DNA from: a virus
Lineage: Duplodnaviria; Caudoviricetes
Direction: 5' to 3' (one strand)
Virus record (IMG/VR): IMGVR_UViG_3300036790_000109
Coordinates: 1 to 55,390 of that record
Length of the DNA: 55,390 bases
Part shown: one piece after another, positions 1-7,416 of the stretch
How positions within the stretch are numbered: the first letter of the stretch is position 1
Layout of the letters: every line of letters begins with the position of its first letter
Notes under the pieces: model-generated
Seen by the model: the letters and a program-made list of their open reading frames with translations, nothing else
Told to the model about the DNA's origin: nothing
Databases searched by the model: none
Made by a program: the position numbers and the translations under genes

Positions 1-324
1 CGCCGCGCCCCGGTAGCCAGTTGCACTCGCCGCGCCCCGGTCGCCAGTTGCACTCGCCGCGCCCCGGTCGCCAGTTGCACTCGCCGCGCCCTGGACGCCA
101 GTTGCACTCGCCGCGCCCTGGACGCCAGTTGCACTCGCCGCGCCCCGGTCGCCAGTTGCACTCGCCGCGCCCCGGTCGCCAGTTGCACTCGCCGCGCCCT
201 GGACGCCAGTTGCACTCGCCGCGCCCCGGTCGCCAGTTGCACTCGCCGCGCCCCGGTCGCCAGTTGCACTCGCCGCGCCCTGGACGCCAGTTGCACTCGC
301 CGCGCCCCGGTAGCCAGTTGCACT
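1..324 (-). repeat. 27-bp tandem repeat, 12 units, encoding SATG-XX-GAA
   Basis: Unit cgccgcgccc(c/t)gg(tc/ta/ac)gccagttgcact repeated head to tail with no spacers. Confidence 0.97.
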
Positions 325-651
325 GAAACCTTCGGGCTTGGAGCGGGAGAACGTGTAGTTAACAGCAGCTTGGATCAGTGCGCCCAAAGAGATCGACGCT
401 TTGACCCGCAGCACTGAACTCGCGACTTTCGCGTCGTCTCCATGCTCCACGAGCATCCCGTCCTGCTCCACAACCGCGTACACGGATGAAGCCGGCGCGT
501 AATAGTTGAATACGTCGAGCGGGTACGCACAGGCATGGAAGCCGCTTTCACACGGAACGACTTCACCGGTGTGCTTGTACTCACCACCAACCTCGAACTG
601 GACCCCACGGCACTTCCAGTCCAAGCCAAAACCCTTGTATGAAGTAATCAT
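1..651 (-). CDS. DUF7666-like repeat protein, N-terminal part (continues across the window end to 55066)
   Basis: Manual translation from ATG at 651 (ATGA overlap with upstream stop, GGAGAG SD): MITSYKGFGLDWKCRGVQFEVGGEYKH...CESGFHACAYPLDVFNYY...SATG(XX)GAA repeats. Missing from the ORF track because it runs off the end. Confidence 0.85.
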   Translation of the reverse strand, partial: MITSYKGFGLDWKCRGVQFEVGGEYKHTGEVVPCESGFHACAYPLDVFNYYAPASSVYAVVEQDGMLVEHGDDAKVASSVLRVKASISLGALIQAAVNYTFSRSKPEGFSATGYRGAASATGVQGAASATGDRGAASATGDRGAASATGVQGAASATGDRGAASATGDRGAASATGVQGAASATGVQGAASATGDRGAASATGDRGAASATGYRGAA

Positions 652-1361
652 CTCACTCTCCGGTAAGGTAACTTGAAGTGCTCAATGGCCGCAGAGATTG
701 TAAATTTCCGGTTGAACTCGCCGATGACGCCGGGCTTCGTGAGGTTGTCGATATGCCCAACATCCGCACCGACCGTATCGCCGTCCCGCCGCTTCGGCCA
801 CGAGCTTCTATCAGTCCAATCGGGGTACTCCCCCAGCACTGCGTCGACATCGAGCCAGTCTCCTTCGTTGATGTGCCCCGTGTGCAGGCCGCCGAGCGGT
901 CGCGTCGGGGCGAACATCATCTGCGCCGGAACAAATGACTCTCGAGCGATGAGCTCAATTCCCACATCCAGCGCCACTCGGCGAGCGACAGCCTGGAACT
1001 CGTCGTACCCCGCAGGGCGCGACAGCGGTACCACGACCCGGAATCGGGGACGGTCGGGGCGATGGCTGAAAGTGGTGTACATGGCGAAGGCGAGGCCGCC
1101 CCACTTGTTGAGAACGTCCCCCCATGTATCGATCGTGACGTGGTCGAAGTCATACGTGATGGCGTGTCGAGCTATGAAGTTCTGACTGTCGCGGTAGACC
1201 GGATCAAACTCGACGGGGCAGTACCAACCGCGCTCTGCCTTGTCGTTGACTTCCGGTGGCAGCTCGGTCAGCCACTTCGCCAGGGACGGCCAGTCGAGCC
1301 AGCTCACCTTGGAGATGGCGGCAAGACTGACCGTCCCGAACGATGTGCACAGGTTGCGCAT
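648..1361 (-). CDS. Primase (prim-pol/VirE-associated type), N-terminal half of a split primase-helicase
   Basis: DFDH motif, YTTFSH..PRFRVVVPLSR, SFVPAQMMFAP, DWLDVDAVL..YPDWTD.SSWP, KPGVIGEFNR; stops after HFKLPYRRVR. Start ATG 1361 by TGATG coupling. Confidence 0.85.
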   Translation of the reverse strand: MRNLCTSFGTVSLAAISKVSWLDWPSLAKWLTELPPEVNDKAERGWYCPVEFDPVYRDSQNFIARHAITYDFDHVTIDTWGDVLNKWGGLAFAMYTTFSHRPDRPRFRVVVPLSRPAGYDEFQAVARRVALDVGIELIARESFVPAQMMFAPTRPLGGLHTGHINEGDWLDVDAVLGEYPDWTDRSSWPKRRDGDTVGADVGHIDNLTKPGVIGEFNRKFTISAAIEHFKLPYRRVR

Positions 1362-1477
1362 CAGGCACAGAACAGCAGGTTGACGACGGTGCGCGCGGTC
1401 AAGCCGACGATGATCCCGAGGGTAAGACCCACGGATAGCCCCGCGGCGAGGAACTCCCAGCGGAGTGAGCGCTGCAT
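1361..1477 (-). CDS. Small membrane peptide (38 aa)
   Basis: Manual translation MQRSLRWEFLAAGLSVGLTLGIIVGLTARTVVNLLFCA; TGATG-coupled on both sides. Confidence 0.6.
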   Translation of the reverse strand: MQRSLRWEFLAAGLSVGLTLGIIVGLTARTVVNLLFCA

Positions 1478-2055
1478 CACGCACCCGCCTGGTTCGGGGC
1501 GAGCTGCGAACCCGGGGTAACAGGGACGCCAGGCACAGGGATGCAGTAAATCAGCACGGACTGGCCGGGTTTTATCTCCGCGCTCGAGGAGATGAGCGTG
1601 TCATTGCCTTGCTTGACGCACGTGTTGAGATCGGGCGCGTGGCCCAACAGCTTCTGGCCGATAAAGGCCCCGTGGCTGTCATAGCCGACCGCGATAGCGA
1701 GGTAGGTGAGGGTAGCGACGTTGGTGGGCTGCGCAATGACGTGGCGTATCGGAGCCTTCATGTCGAACTGGACGTGGAGGCACGCGGCGGCGATCTTCGC
1801 GTCTTTCGGTATTGCCCCGTGCGCGTATGCGTCCGAGATGATCGACATGTTGTGCTGCTGGCAGAGCGCTTCCTTCGGGCTCTCACCGAGGAGATCGGCG
1901 CCGTCGAGATGGCCGCCTGCGTCGTACTGCAGTGCGAAGCCGATGAAGTCCTCAACGTGGGTGACGGTCTGAGCGCCGACGGCTCCGGCGGCAACTGCGT
2001 ATGACAGCGCAGCGATGAGATACAAAGTCTTGAAAGACTGAAGGAAGTTCTTCAT
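1477..2055 (-). CDS. Exported protein with internally duplicated Cys-containing domain
   Basis: N-terminal signal peptide; repeats FALQYDAGGHLDGADLLG...C and LAIAVGYDSHGAFIGQKLLG...C. Confidence 0.75.
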   Translation of the reverse strand: MKNFLQSFKTLYLIAALSYAVAAGAVGAQTVTHVEDFIGFALQYDAGGHLDGADLLGESPKEALCQQHNMSIISDAYAHGAIPKDAKIAAACLHVQFDMKAPIRHVIAQPTNVATLTYLAIAVGYDSHGAFIGQKLLGHAPDLNTCVKQGNDTLISSSAEIKPGQSVLIYCIPVPGVPVTPGSQLAPNQAGA

Positions 2056-2073
2056 GTGCCTGATGCCTCAGGG

Positions 2074-2469
2074 TTAGGCGTAGGTGTTGGGGCGGTGCGA
2101 GTAGTCGCCGGCAGCTTTGTGTGCTGCGCGGGCGCGAGCTTGGAACGCATCGCGGTCGGCGTCGGCTTCGACAGAGGAGGGCGGCATCGGGAAGATGCGC
2201 ACGCCAGCGAGCGGATGCGGCGCGGGGCGATACGTGACGAATGTTGATTCGGGACCGTAGCCCATCGCGCGATCTCGCGCAGGTTGCCAAGCCCAATCGC
2301 CGCTCAAACTTCTTTCAGATAGCGTCGACAGGGTCGGACCTTCGCCCGAGCTCGCCCTGCCGTCCCCGGTGCATCGACGCGCCTCGTATAGCGCTAGCTG
2401 ATATTCGGGGGTGTCCAACACTCGCTCGTTTGATTCGAGCTTTTCGTTGCTGTATTTCGCGTGAGCCAT
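2074..2469 (-). CDS. Hypothetical protein
   Basis: 131-aa ORF with GGAG SD; first gene after a terminator. Confidence 0.5.
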   Translation of the reverse strand: MAHAKYSNEKLESNERVLDTPEYQLALYEARRCTGDGRASSGEGPTLSTLSERSLSGDWAWQPARDRAMGYGPESTFVTYRPAPHPLAGVRIFPMPPSSVEADADRDAFQARARAAHKAAGDYSHRPNTYA

Positions 2470-2497
2470 TTTCCGTTTTCTCCAAGGTGCCCACGCG

Positions 2498-2527
2498 AGA
2501 GTACGCCGCGAATTTTCACATCCGCAA
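2498..2527 (-). promoter_or_regulatory. Candidate sigma70 promoter for the replication operon
   Basis: TTGCGG-18 bp-TACTCT directly downstream of the terminator U-tract. Confidence 0.35.
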
Positions 2528-2530
2528 GCA

Positions 2531-2566
2531 GAAAAAGAAAAAGCCCGCTCAAGGGCAGCGGGCTTT
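2531..2566 (-). terminator. Rho-independent terminator
   Basis: AAAGCCCGCT (2540-2549) / AGCGGGCTTT (2557-2566) stem followed on the minus strand by a U-rich tract. Confidence 0.8.
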
Positions 2567-2646
2567 AACAGAAGTCAAATTTATTTCAATAATGCGTTTT
2601 CGTTATGTCTCCTTTCTATTGCAGAATGTGCAAATCGGTGTAGTAT

Positions 2647-3333
2647 TTACGCCGCCAATCGGGACCGACGGCTTTCTGCCGGAACGAACAGGTTCCCACC
2701 CACCCGCAAAGGCCGATTCTCCCTCGCCGCGATCTTCGGGTCGGTCGTCACCGAGGCGTTCGCGGCGAGCTGCTTGAGGATATGGTCCATAGCCTCCCTG
2801 AGCACCGCTACGCCGGCTTCCTTGTCCTCTTTCGCTACCTGCTTGGCGAACCCCACCAGGCCGTCCGTGAGCTTCCTAGCGCGCATCTTGATGCGTTCCG
2901 GTGTCAAAGCGTGCTTTCGAGAAAGGCCCACTGAGGCGTGCTCGAGCTGTGACTTGCTCGTGCGTTTCGCGTCCAGCTTCATGAGATCGTGTTCCGGCGC
3001 ACGAAGCCACTTCGCGATAGTTCCGTGAGAACTACGGGCAAAGTTCAAACGCCTGTTACGCTCCTTCCCGAAGCGGCTGCGCGGCACTTCATCCTTGGCG
3101 AGGATTTCGTCCGTGGCAATCGTCTCCCACACGACCTTGTAGAAGCGTCGGTGTACGGCCTTCAAAACTACTCGCTGCGCAGCTTGGTCAGCCTTTCCAT
3201 CGAGCTCGGCTTGCGCCGTCTCTATCAACGCTCGAAAATACTCGCCGCGGGCACCGTCCCGGGTGCGTCGTCCATCCATAAACTGGCGGGCAACAGCGCG
3301 GACTTCAGCCGCGCTCCACGTCTTTGCGGTCAT
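2647..3333 (-). CDS. Hypothetical basic protein
   Basis: 228-aa ORF with phage-like codon usage; no motif recognised. Confidence 0.7.
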   Translation of the reverse strand: MTAKTWSAAEVRAVARQFMDGRRTRDGARGEYFRALIETAQAELDGKADQAAQRVVLKAVHRRFYKVVWETIATDEILAKDEVPRSRFGKERNRRLNFARSSHGTIAKWLRAPEHDLMKLDAKRTSKSQLEHASVGLSRKHALTPERIKMRARKLTDGLVGFAKQVAKEDKEAGVAVLREAMDHILKQLAANASVTTDPKIAARENRPLRVGGNLFVPAESRRSRLAA

Positions 3334-3435
3334 GCGTTCTTCTCACTTTATGTCAATACGAGCTAGATTGCTCGGTGAGGAGACTAGCACAAACCGTGCC
3401 GACCCGAAAATGTCGGCAAAATCGGACAATTGTAA

Positions 3436-4098
3436 TTACGCGCGGCGGGTCATACGCGACAACGTCTTGGCTGTGAACTGCTTCCCGTGAGCTGTGCGAT
3501 GGCCGGCCGCGTTGAGACGCGCAGCACGCTCTGCCAGGCTTCCCGTGCCCGCTGCGACGAGCAGGGGCGCGTCTCTGCGGGTAGCTTCCATGATGCGCTT
3601 GGCGGCCGTTACCGCGCCGCCGCGGGCGGGCGCGGGAGATCCTAGCTTCACCCCCTTGGCTTTCAGCACCCGCAGCGCCATTTTGGTGCGTTCGCTGATC
3701 TGGTCGCGCTCAAACTCGGCGAGTACCGCCAGCATCCTGAACACCATGCGCCCGGCCGCGGTAGTCGTATCGATTTTCTCGGACAGGCTGACCAAGTCCG
3801 CGCCTTGCCGCTCGAGCCGGTCAGCGATGTCCAGCATGTCTCGCGTACTGCGCGCCAAACGGCTGATAGAGTAGGAGACGAGCGCCGTTCCCCTGACTGC
3901 CGCGGTAAGTGCCTGCTCGAGTCCGGGCCGTCCTTTGGTGCTCGAGCCCGATATGCCGGCGTCCTCATAGATGGCGATCAAGTCGCCATCGTTGAGCTCG
4001 GTCCACTTCCTGATGCGGTCACGCTGCGCATCCAGCGAGATTCCCTCGGTAGCCTGATCTTGCGTCGAGACGCGGACGTAGCCTATGACTTTCATCAA
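3436..4098 (-). CDS. Small serine recombinase (resolvase/invertase family)
   Basis: GYVRVSTQDQ, EDAGISGS, SISRLARS, DTTTAAGRMVFRMLAVLAEFERDQISERTK; short C-terminal DNA-binding region. Confidence 0.93.
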   Translation of the reverse strand: MMKVIGYVRVSTQDQATEGISLDAQRDRIRKWTELNDGDLIAIYEDAGISGSSTKGRPGLEQALTAAVRGTALVSYSISRLARSTRDMLDIADRLERQGADLVSLSEKIDTTTAAGRMVFRMLAVLAEFERDQISERTKMALRVLKAKGVKLGSPAPARGGAVTAAKRIMEATRRDAPLLVAAGTGSLAERAARLNAAGHRTAHGKQFTAKTLSRMTRRA

Positions 4099-4445
4099 AA
4101 GTTATCCGCAGCTGCGCCAAAAACGAATTGCCATTGCGAGCCGTCGTTTAGCGTTACGGTCCCGTGTCCATCGCGGCCGTTGGCTTCTCGGGTAGCAATA
4201 ACAAAACCCTTGCGGCCATCCGAGCAAAGTACCTGCATTGATATACTCACTGACATGCTGAGCGCATCATACGTGCCAGTGCAAGTTATGCGGCCGTCAG
4301 TGGCGCGAAAGCTGCCGCCCCCGGTAAAAGACGCGGTGGCTGTCCCCCGGAGCGTGTCGCCATTCTTGCCGATGATGACCACCGGCTCAGTAACAGCGCA
4401 TCCCACGAGAGACAAAGCAACACCTAGAGCTATTAAGTTACGCAT
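4095..4445 (-). CDS. Lipoprotein
   Basis: MRNLIALGVALSLVGC lipobox followed by a beta-rich domain; GAGGA SD. Confidence 0.8.
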   Translation of the reverse strand: MRNLIALGVALSLVGCAVTEPVVIIGKNGDTLRGTATASFTGGGSFRATDGRITCTGTYDALSMSVSISMQVLCSDGRKGFVIATREANGRDGHGTVTLNDGSQWQFVFGAAADNF

Positions 4446-4578
4446 TGAGCCAATCCTCTTCTGACTTGTCGGGTAAAGCTGACTTGTCGGGTAAAGTAGG
4501 GGGCGCGTGAAGTTTGTGCGACTCCGCATGCTCCGGCCGCCGCGGATCGCCGCCGCACGTTGGGCAATATTCACTCAT
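4438..4578 (-). CDS. Small hypothetical protein (CxxC), ends TLPDKSALPDKSEEDWLNA
   Basis: ATG 4578 with SD; fills the gap in the operon. Confidence 0.55.
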   Translation of the reverse strand: MSEYCPTCGGDPRRPEHAESHKLHAPPTLPDKSALPDKSEEDWLNA

Positions 4579-4641
4579 TGAGCCAGTCCTCGGATTCTGA
4601 CTTGTCGGGTAAAGTACTGTCCTCGCGTGAAAGTTTGTGCG
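4443..4641. repeat. Imperfect ~70-bp duplication containing three copies of CTGACTTGTCGGGTAAAG
   Basis: Blocks ~4443-4520 and ~4576-4641; 18-mer at 4461, 4479 and 4597. Confidence 0.85.
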
Positions 4642-4930
4642 CGCGGATGCCCGCGCATTCGTCAGGCGGAAACCCCACACTTTCGAGCGTCGGTAAAGTG
4701 GCGGTTGCCTTGAGCGCATCGTTCACAATGGAGCGCTGCGGCTCTTGCGCCAGCGCTCGGCCGAGGGGCGTATCAGGCACCGAGTCGTCCGGCGCGTCTA
4801 GCTCATCTGCCAGGTCTGAGAGTTCCTTGGCAATGCCGCGGTCCAAGTCTCCGCCATAGTGGCGGTTTGCCTCTAGGACGGCGCGCAGTCGCAAGGTTGC
4901 GATGATTAGGTCGCGTTGGTGCGGAGTCAT
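4571..4930 (-). CDS. Hypothetical protein, ends TLPDKSESEDWLNE
   Basis: ATG 4930 overlaps the upstream stop (ATGA). Confidence 0.65.
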   Translation of the reverse strand: MTPHQRDLIIATLRLRAVLEANRHYGGDLDRGIAKELSDLADELDAPDDSVPDTPLGRALAQEPQRSIVNDALKATATLPTLESVGFPPDECAGIRAHKLSREDSTLPDKSESEDWLNE

Positions 4931-5205
4931 TCGTCGAAGCCTTCGCCGTCTGGCCATGTAGGATGCGAGACACAGTGGCTGCTGCGCGCGTCCAGTTTGC
5001 CGCTCTTAGTGACAGCAAACTCGGAATGCTCCAGCCAGTCGGCATCGCTCGCGAATTGAACGCGGTACGACTTGCCGTCGGGCCGCTTACCGCGTGCCCA
5101 CGTCGGCTTGTGCTCGCGCGTGAAACGATGCACGAACCTGGCTTTAGCTTGCTCGCGTGCCGGTGGCGACAGCTTGTCGCCGGTTACCCATATTAGCTCG
5201 GCCAT
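4927..5205 (-). CDS. Hypothetical early protein
   Basis: MAELIWVTGD...HRFTREHKPTWA...SHPTWPDG; SD upstream. Confidence 0.7.
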   Translation of the reverse strand: MAELIWVTGDKLSPPAREQAKARFVHRFTREHKPTWARGKRPDGKSYRVQFASDADWLEHSEFAVTKSGKLDARSSHCVSHPTWPDGEGFDE

Positions 5206-5271
5206 ACTTCTTCTCCCGCGCCACCAATGGCGCATTGTCGGGTACCCGTTACCCAGGCACCCTGCAATGCG

Positions 5272-5697
5272 TCACGGGCAGATTGCCGTTCCTACGCTGT
5301 TGTAGCAGCAGTCTATGCCGATGCTCGGCTTCTCGGGCGAAACGCGTATGCGGTAGTTGTCCAAGTCAATCGGACGATACAGGTACAGCGCGCAACCGCG
5401 CGGATCGGTTTGGTGGTAGACCTTGAAGCCGCGCGACTCGGCAATCTTGGCAACGCGTTTGAGCGCGCCGGTTTCCGCATCAACGGCGCGGCCCATACGC
5501 TTGCCGTCGTACGTCGAATGCCAGTACGGGATATCCGTTTTCTCATCCCGCTGTATCGCGCCGTTGCACTCGTGCTCTGCCCAGCTATGCAAGCGGGCCG
5601 ATGCGCGTACCAGCGTAGCGGCTTCGTCCGGTGTGAAGCCGAGACGGCCGAGACTTGCGAACGTTTCTTGTCTGTGTCTGCTCATCGAGTTCACCAT
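5272..5697 (-). CDS. Conserved-looking hypothetical early phage protein
   Basis: LHSWAEHECNG and HQTDPRGCALY motifs; start at 5697 or 5685. Confidence 0.75.
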   Translation of the reverse strand: MVNSMSRHRQETFASLGRLGFTPDEAATLVRASARLHSWAEHECNGAIQRDEKTDIPYWHSTYDGKRMGRAVDAETGALKRVAKIAESRGFKVYHQTDPRGCALYLYRPIDLDNYRIRVSPEKPSIGIDCCYNSVGTAICP

Positions 5698-5963
5698 TTA
5701 GCGAAGTTAGGAAGCTTAGAATAGATGTCGTCGCAAATGTTTTCGTACATTTGCGCCGTTGGTATGTCTCCCATGCCGCGCGACAGCATTGCCGCTGCTT
5801 TGTTGCTGGCGTAATGGCCTAGCTGACGCGTCGCGCGCACGTATCCAGCATACTGCGCCGGAAACAGCTCGCGCGCCGTGTCAATGGGGTGCTTGTCGGC
5901 GCGGTTCCAGAATTCGACAAGCTCTTTTTGCGTCATACCGTCATCCAAGTTAAGGGCAGGCAT
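5691..5963 (-). CDS. Hypothetical early protein
   Basis: MPALNLDD... with GGAGAG SD. Confidence 0.7.
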   Translation of the reverse strand: MPALNLDDGMTQKELVEFWNRADKHPIDTARELFPAQYAGYVRATRQLGHYASNKAAAMLSRGMGDIPTAQMYENICDDIYSKLPNFAKW

Positions 5964-6019
5964 GTCTCTCTCCGGTTTGTAAGGTAGGCGTATCCCGCGA
6001 CGTTCCCAACGTGGAAACG

Positions 6020-6172
6020 TCACAAGTTCCACCGCGAGTATCGCACCGAGTCAGAAGACACGACGACGCGCAGCGATGCGTTCTCGTACGTGTCGGATAT
6101 GCGCTGGCGTTGCTCACGTGTCAAGGCAGGCTCACGCCAAGCGGTAAGGAATGCCCGTATCAGACGCATCAT
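6020..6172 (-). CDS. Small hypothetical protein (50 aa)
   Basis: Manual translation MMRLIRAFLTAWREPALT...RWNL; ATGA-coupled. Confidence 0.5.
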   Translation of the reverse strand: MMRLIRAFLTAWREPALTREQRQRISDTYENASLRVVVSSDSVRYSRWNL

Positions 6173-6411
6173 GATATGTACCCCTCTGACACTGCGAACT
6201 CGTACAGCGCACGCTCGGCGGAAACCACGTCGCCAAACAAGCCTTCATGACTGCCGATCGGCACGCACCATCCGAGCGGCGCGGGCTGGTACATGAACAG
6301 CTCATCCATATACACGCGCCCCGGACCGGTGGCACCAGACGCAGCAATGTGCTCAATCGCGCCAAGGTCCGCAACGTCGCGGCCCGTAGCTTGGAACTCT
6401 TCGAATGTCAT
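6169..6411 (-). CDS. Hypothetical protein, first gene of the early operon
   Basis: MTFEEFQATGRD... with GGAG SD, just downstream of a promoter. Confidence 0.7.
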   Translation of the reverse strand: MTFEEFQATGRDVADLGAIEHIAASGATGPGRVYMDELFMYQPAPLGWCVPIGSHEGLFGDVVSAERALYEFAVSEGYIS

Positions 6412-6442
6412 CACGTGAGTGTCTCCGGTGACCATGGGCGGA

Positions 6443-6471
6443 AGCATACGCCATACCCTTTGCGTGTGCAA
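6443..6471 (-). promoter_or_regulatory. Sigma70-type early promoter
   Basis: TTGCAC (6471-6466) - 17 bp - TATGCT (6448-6443). Confidence 0.65.
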
Positions 6472-6767
6472 TACCTGAAACGCAAAAAGTGTGGAGTAGT
6501 GCCGTGGGAACTAACCGTGAGTGAGGAGAAAGGACTGCATTCGACTCAATCCGTGATGAGCAACGCCAGCCTCTCAAAACGTGAAAATAAGGGATAGCAC
6601 GGTAAGGGGTCGGCTCACTGCACGGCTTGGCGGCCTTCGTATGCGGTCTGTTATGTCGCATTAGACACGCGGAACGCGATATGGCGCGATAGCGCGGCAT
6701 TAATATTGAGAGAGGCTAAAGCACTTAACGATAATTAGAGAATATTAATTCGAGCCATTTAACCGCG

Positions 6768-7060
6768 TGCTCCAGCATGCTCCAGCAAAGTCGGCGGAGC
6801 ATGCTGGAGCATCCTAGAATCAATGACTTAGATAATTGCGAGCTTGCGGGCAATAATCACGTGTTAGTTTTACACTTATGCAGTCAACAGGTAGTGCGAG
6901 ATAAGTGCATAGATATCAACGTGTTAGCGTCGGAACGTGAGAACGTATGGAGAATGCTCCACGCTCCACGATGCTCCAGCTAGAGCATCGTAGAGCATCT
7001 AGAGCATCGCAATATGCTCCAGCGCGCTCTGGCTCCCTTTAGGGGCCAGTAGCTGGAGCA
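6768..7060. repeat. Iteron-like cluster (~12 copies of a TGCTC(C/T)A core, both orientations); candidate origin or packaging region
   Basis: TGCTCCAGC at 6768, 6778, 6972, 7015; GCTGGAGCA at 6803, 7052; TAGAGCATC at 6981, 6991, 7000; lies in the non-coding divergence region. Confidence 0.7.
6818..6926 (+). promoter_or_regulatory. Two IHF consensus sites
   Basis: AATCAATGACTTA (6818-6830) and TATCAACGTGTTA (6914-6926) both match WATCAANNNNTTR. Confidence 0.6.
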
Positions 7061-7360
7061 TGCGAAGTGCAGAGTCGACCCGGTTAGCTTGAACCGAGAG
7101 ACGCCAAACTATTCCGGCTCGGCAAGTGTTAAGCGCCACCCCGCGTTGTGGCGTACGCATGCGGTCGGTTGCATACGCGACGCACTGCAGTAGCTGCCAG
7201 GCACGCGCGTGCCATGGTCAATAAGACATAACGCATTCCTTGCCACGGAACTGGTCATATTACATATGCTGGAAACGAGCTCCCCGAAATCGATTGCCAC
7301 CCTTCGCTGTCAGTCATACGCAGCGTAAGGTCCTTCTGTAAGTCGTACAGCAAAAAATTT

Positions 7361-7390
7361 TTGCACAAATATATTTTGCCGGGGTATGAT
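7361..7390 (+). promoter_or_regulatory. Sigma70-type rightward promoter
   Basis: A/T tract, then TTGCAC-18 bp-TATGAT. Confidence 0.5.
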
Positions 7391-7416
7391 CGCGTGGGGT
7401 ACTCAGGGCTTTCTAC

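Noticed and set aside
1-324. CRISPR array
   Set aside because: Units are contiguous 27-mers with no unique spacers, they encode an in-frame peptide repeat, and no cas operon is present (DUF2800 is a replication-module nuclease).
1-324. DGR-type adenine mutagenesis (GAC/GTC/TAC and CAG/CGG could derive from AAC CAG)
   Set aside because: Other adenines in the unit are invariant, only four alleles recur, and no reverse transcriptase or template repeat is visible.
21-326. Plus-strand HSPRPGRQL repeat ORF and the MQLATGARRV ORF at 55164-55382
   Set aside because: Shadow frames of the minus-strand SATG-XX-GAA gene, which has recognisable unique N- and C-terminal domains.
3436-4098. Serine recombinase as the phage integrase
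   Set aside because: At 220 aa it lacks the zinc-ribbon/coiled-coil region of large serine integrases; not strictly excluded.
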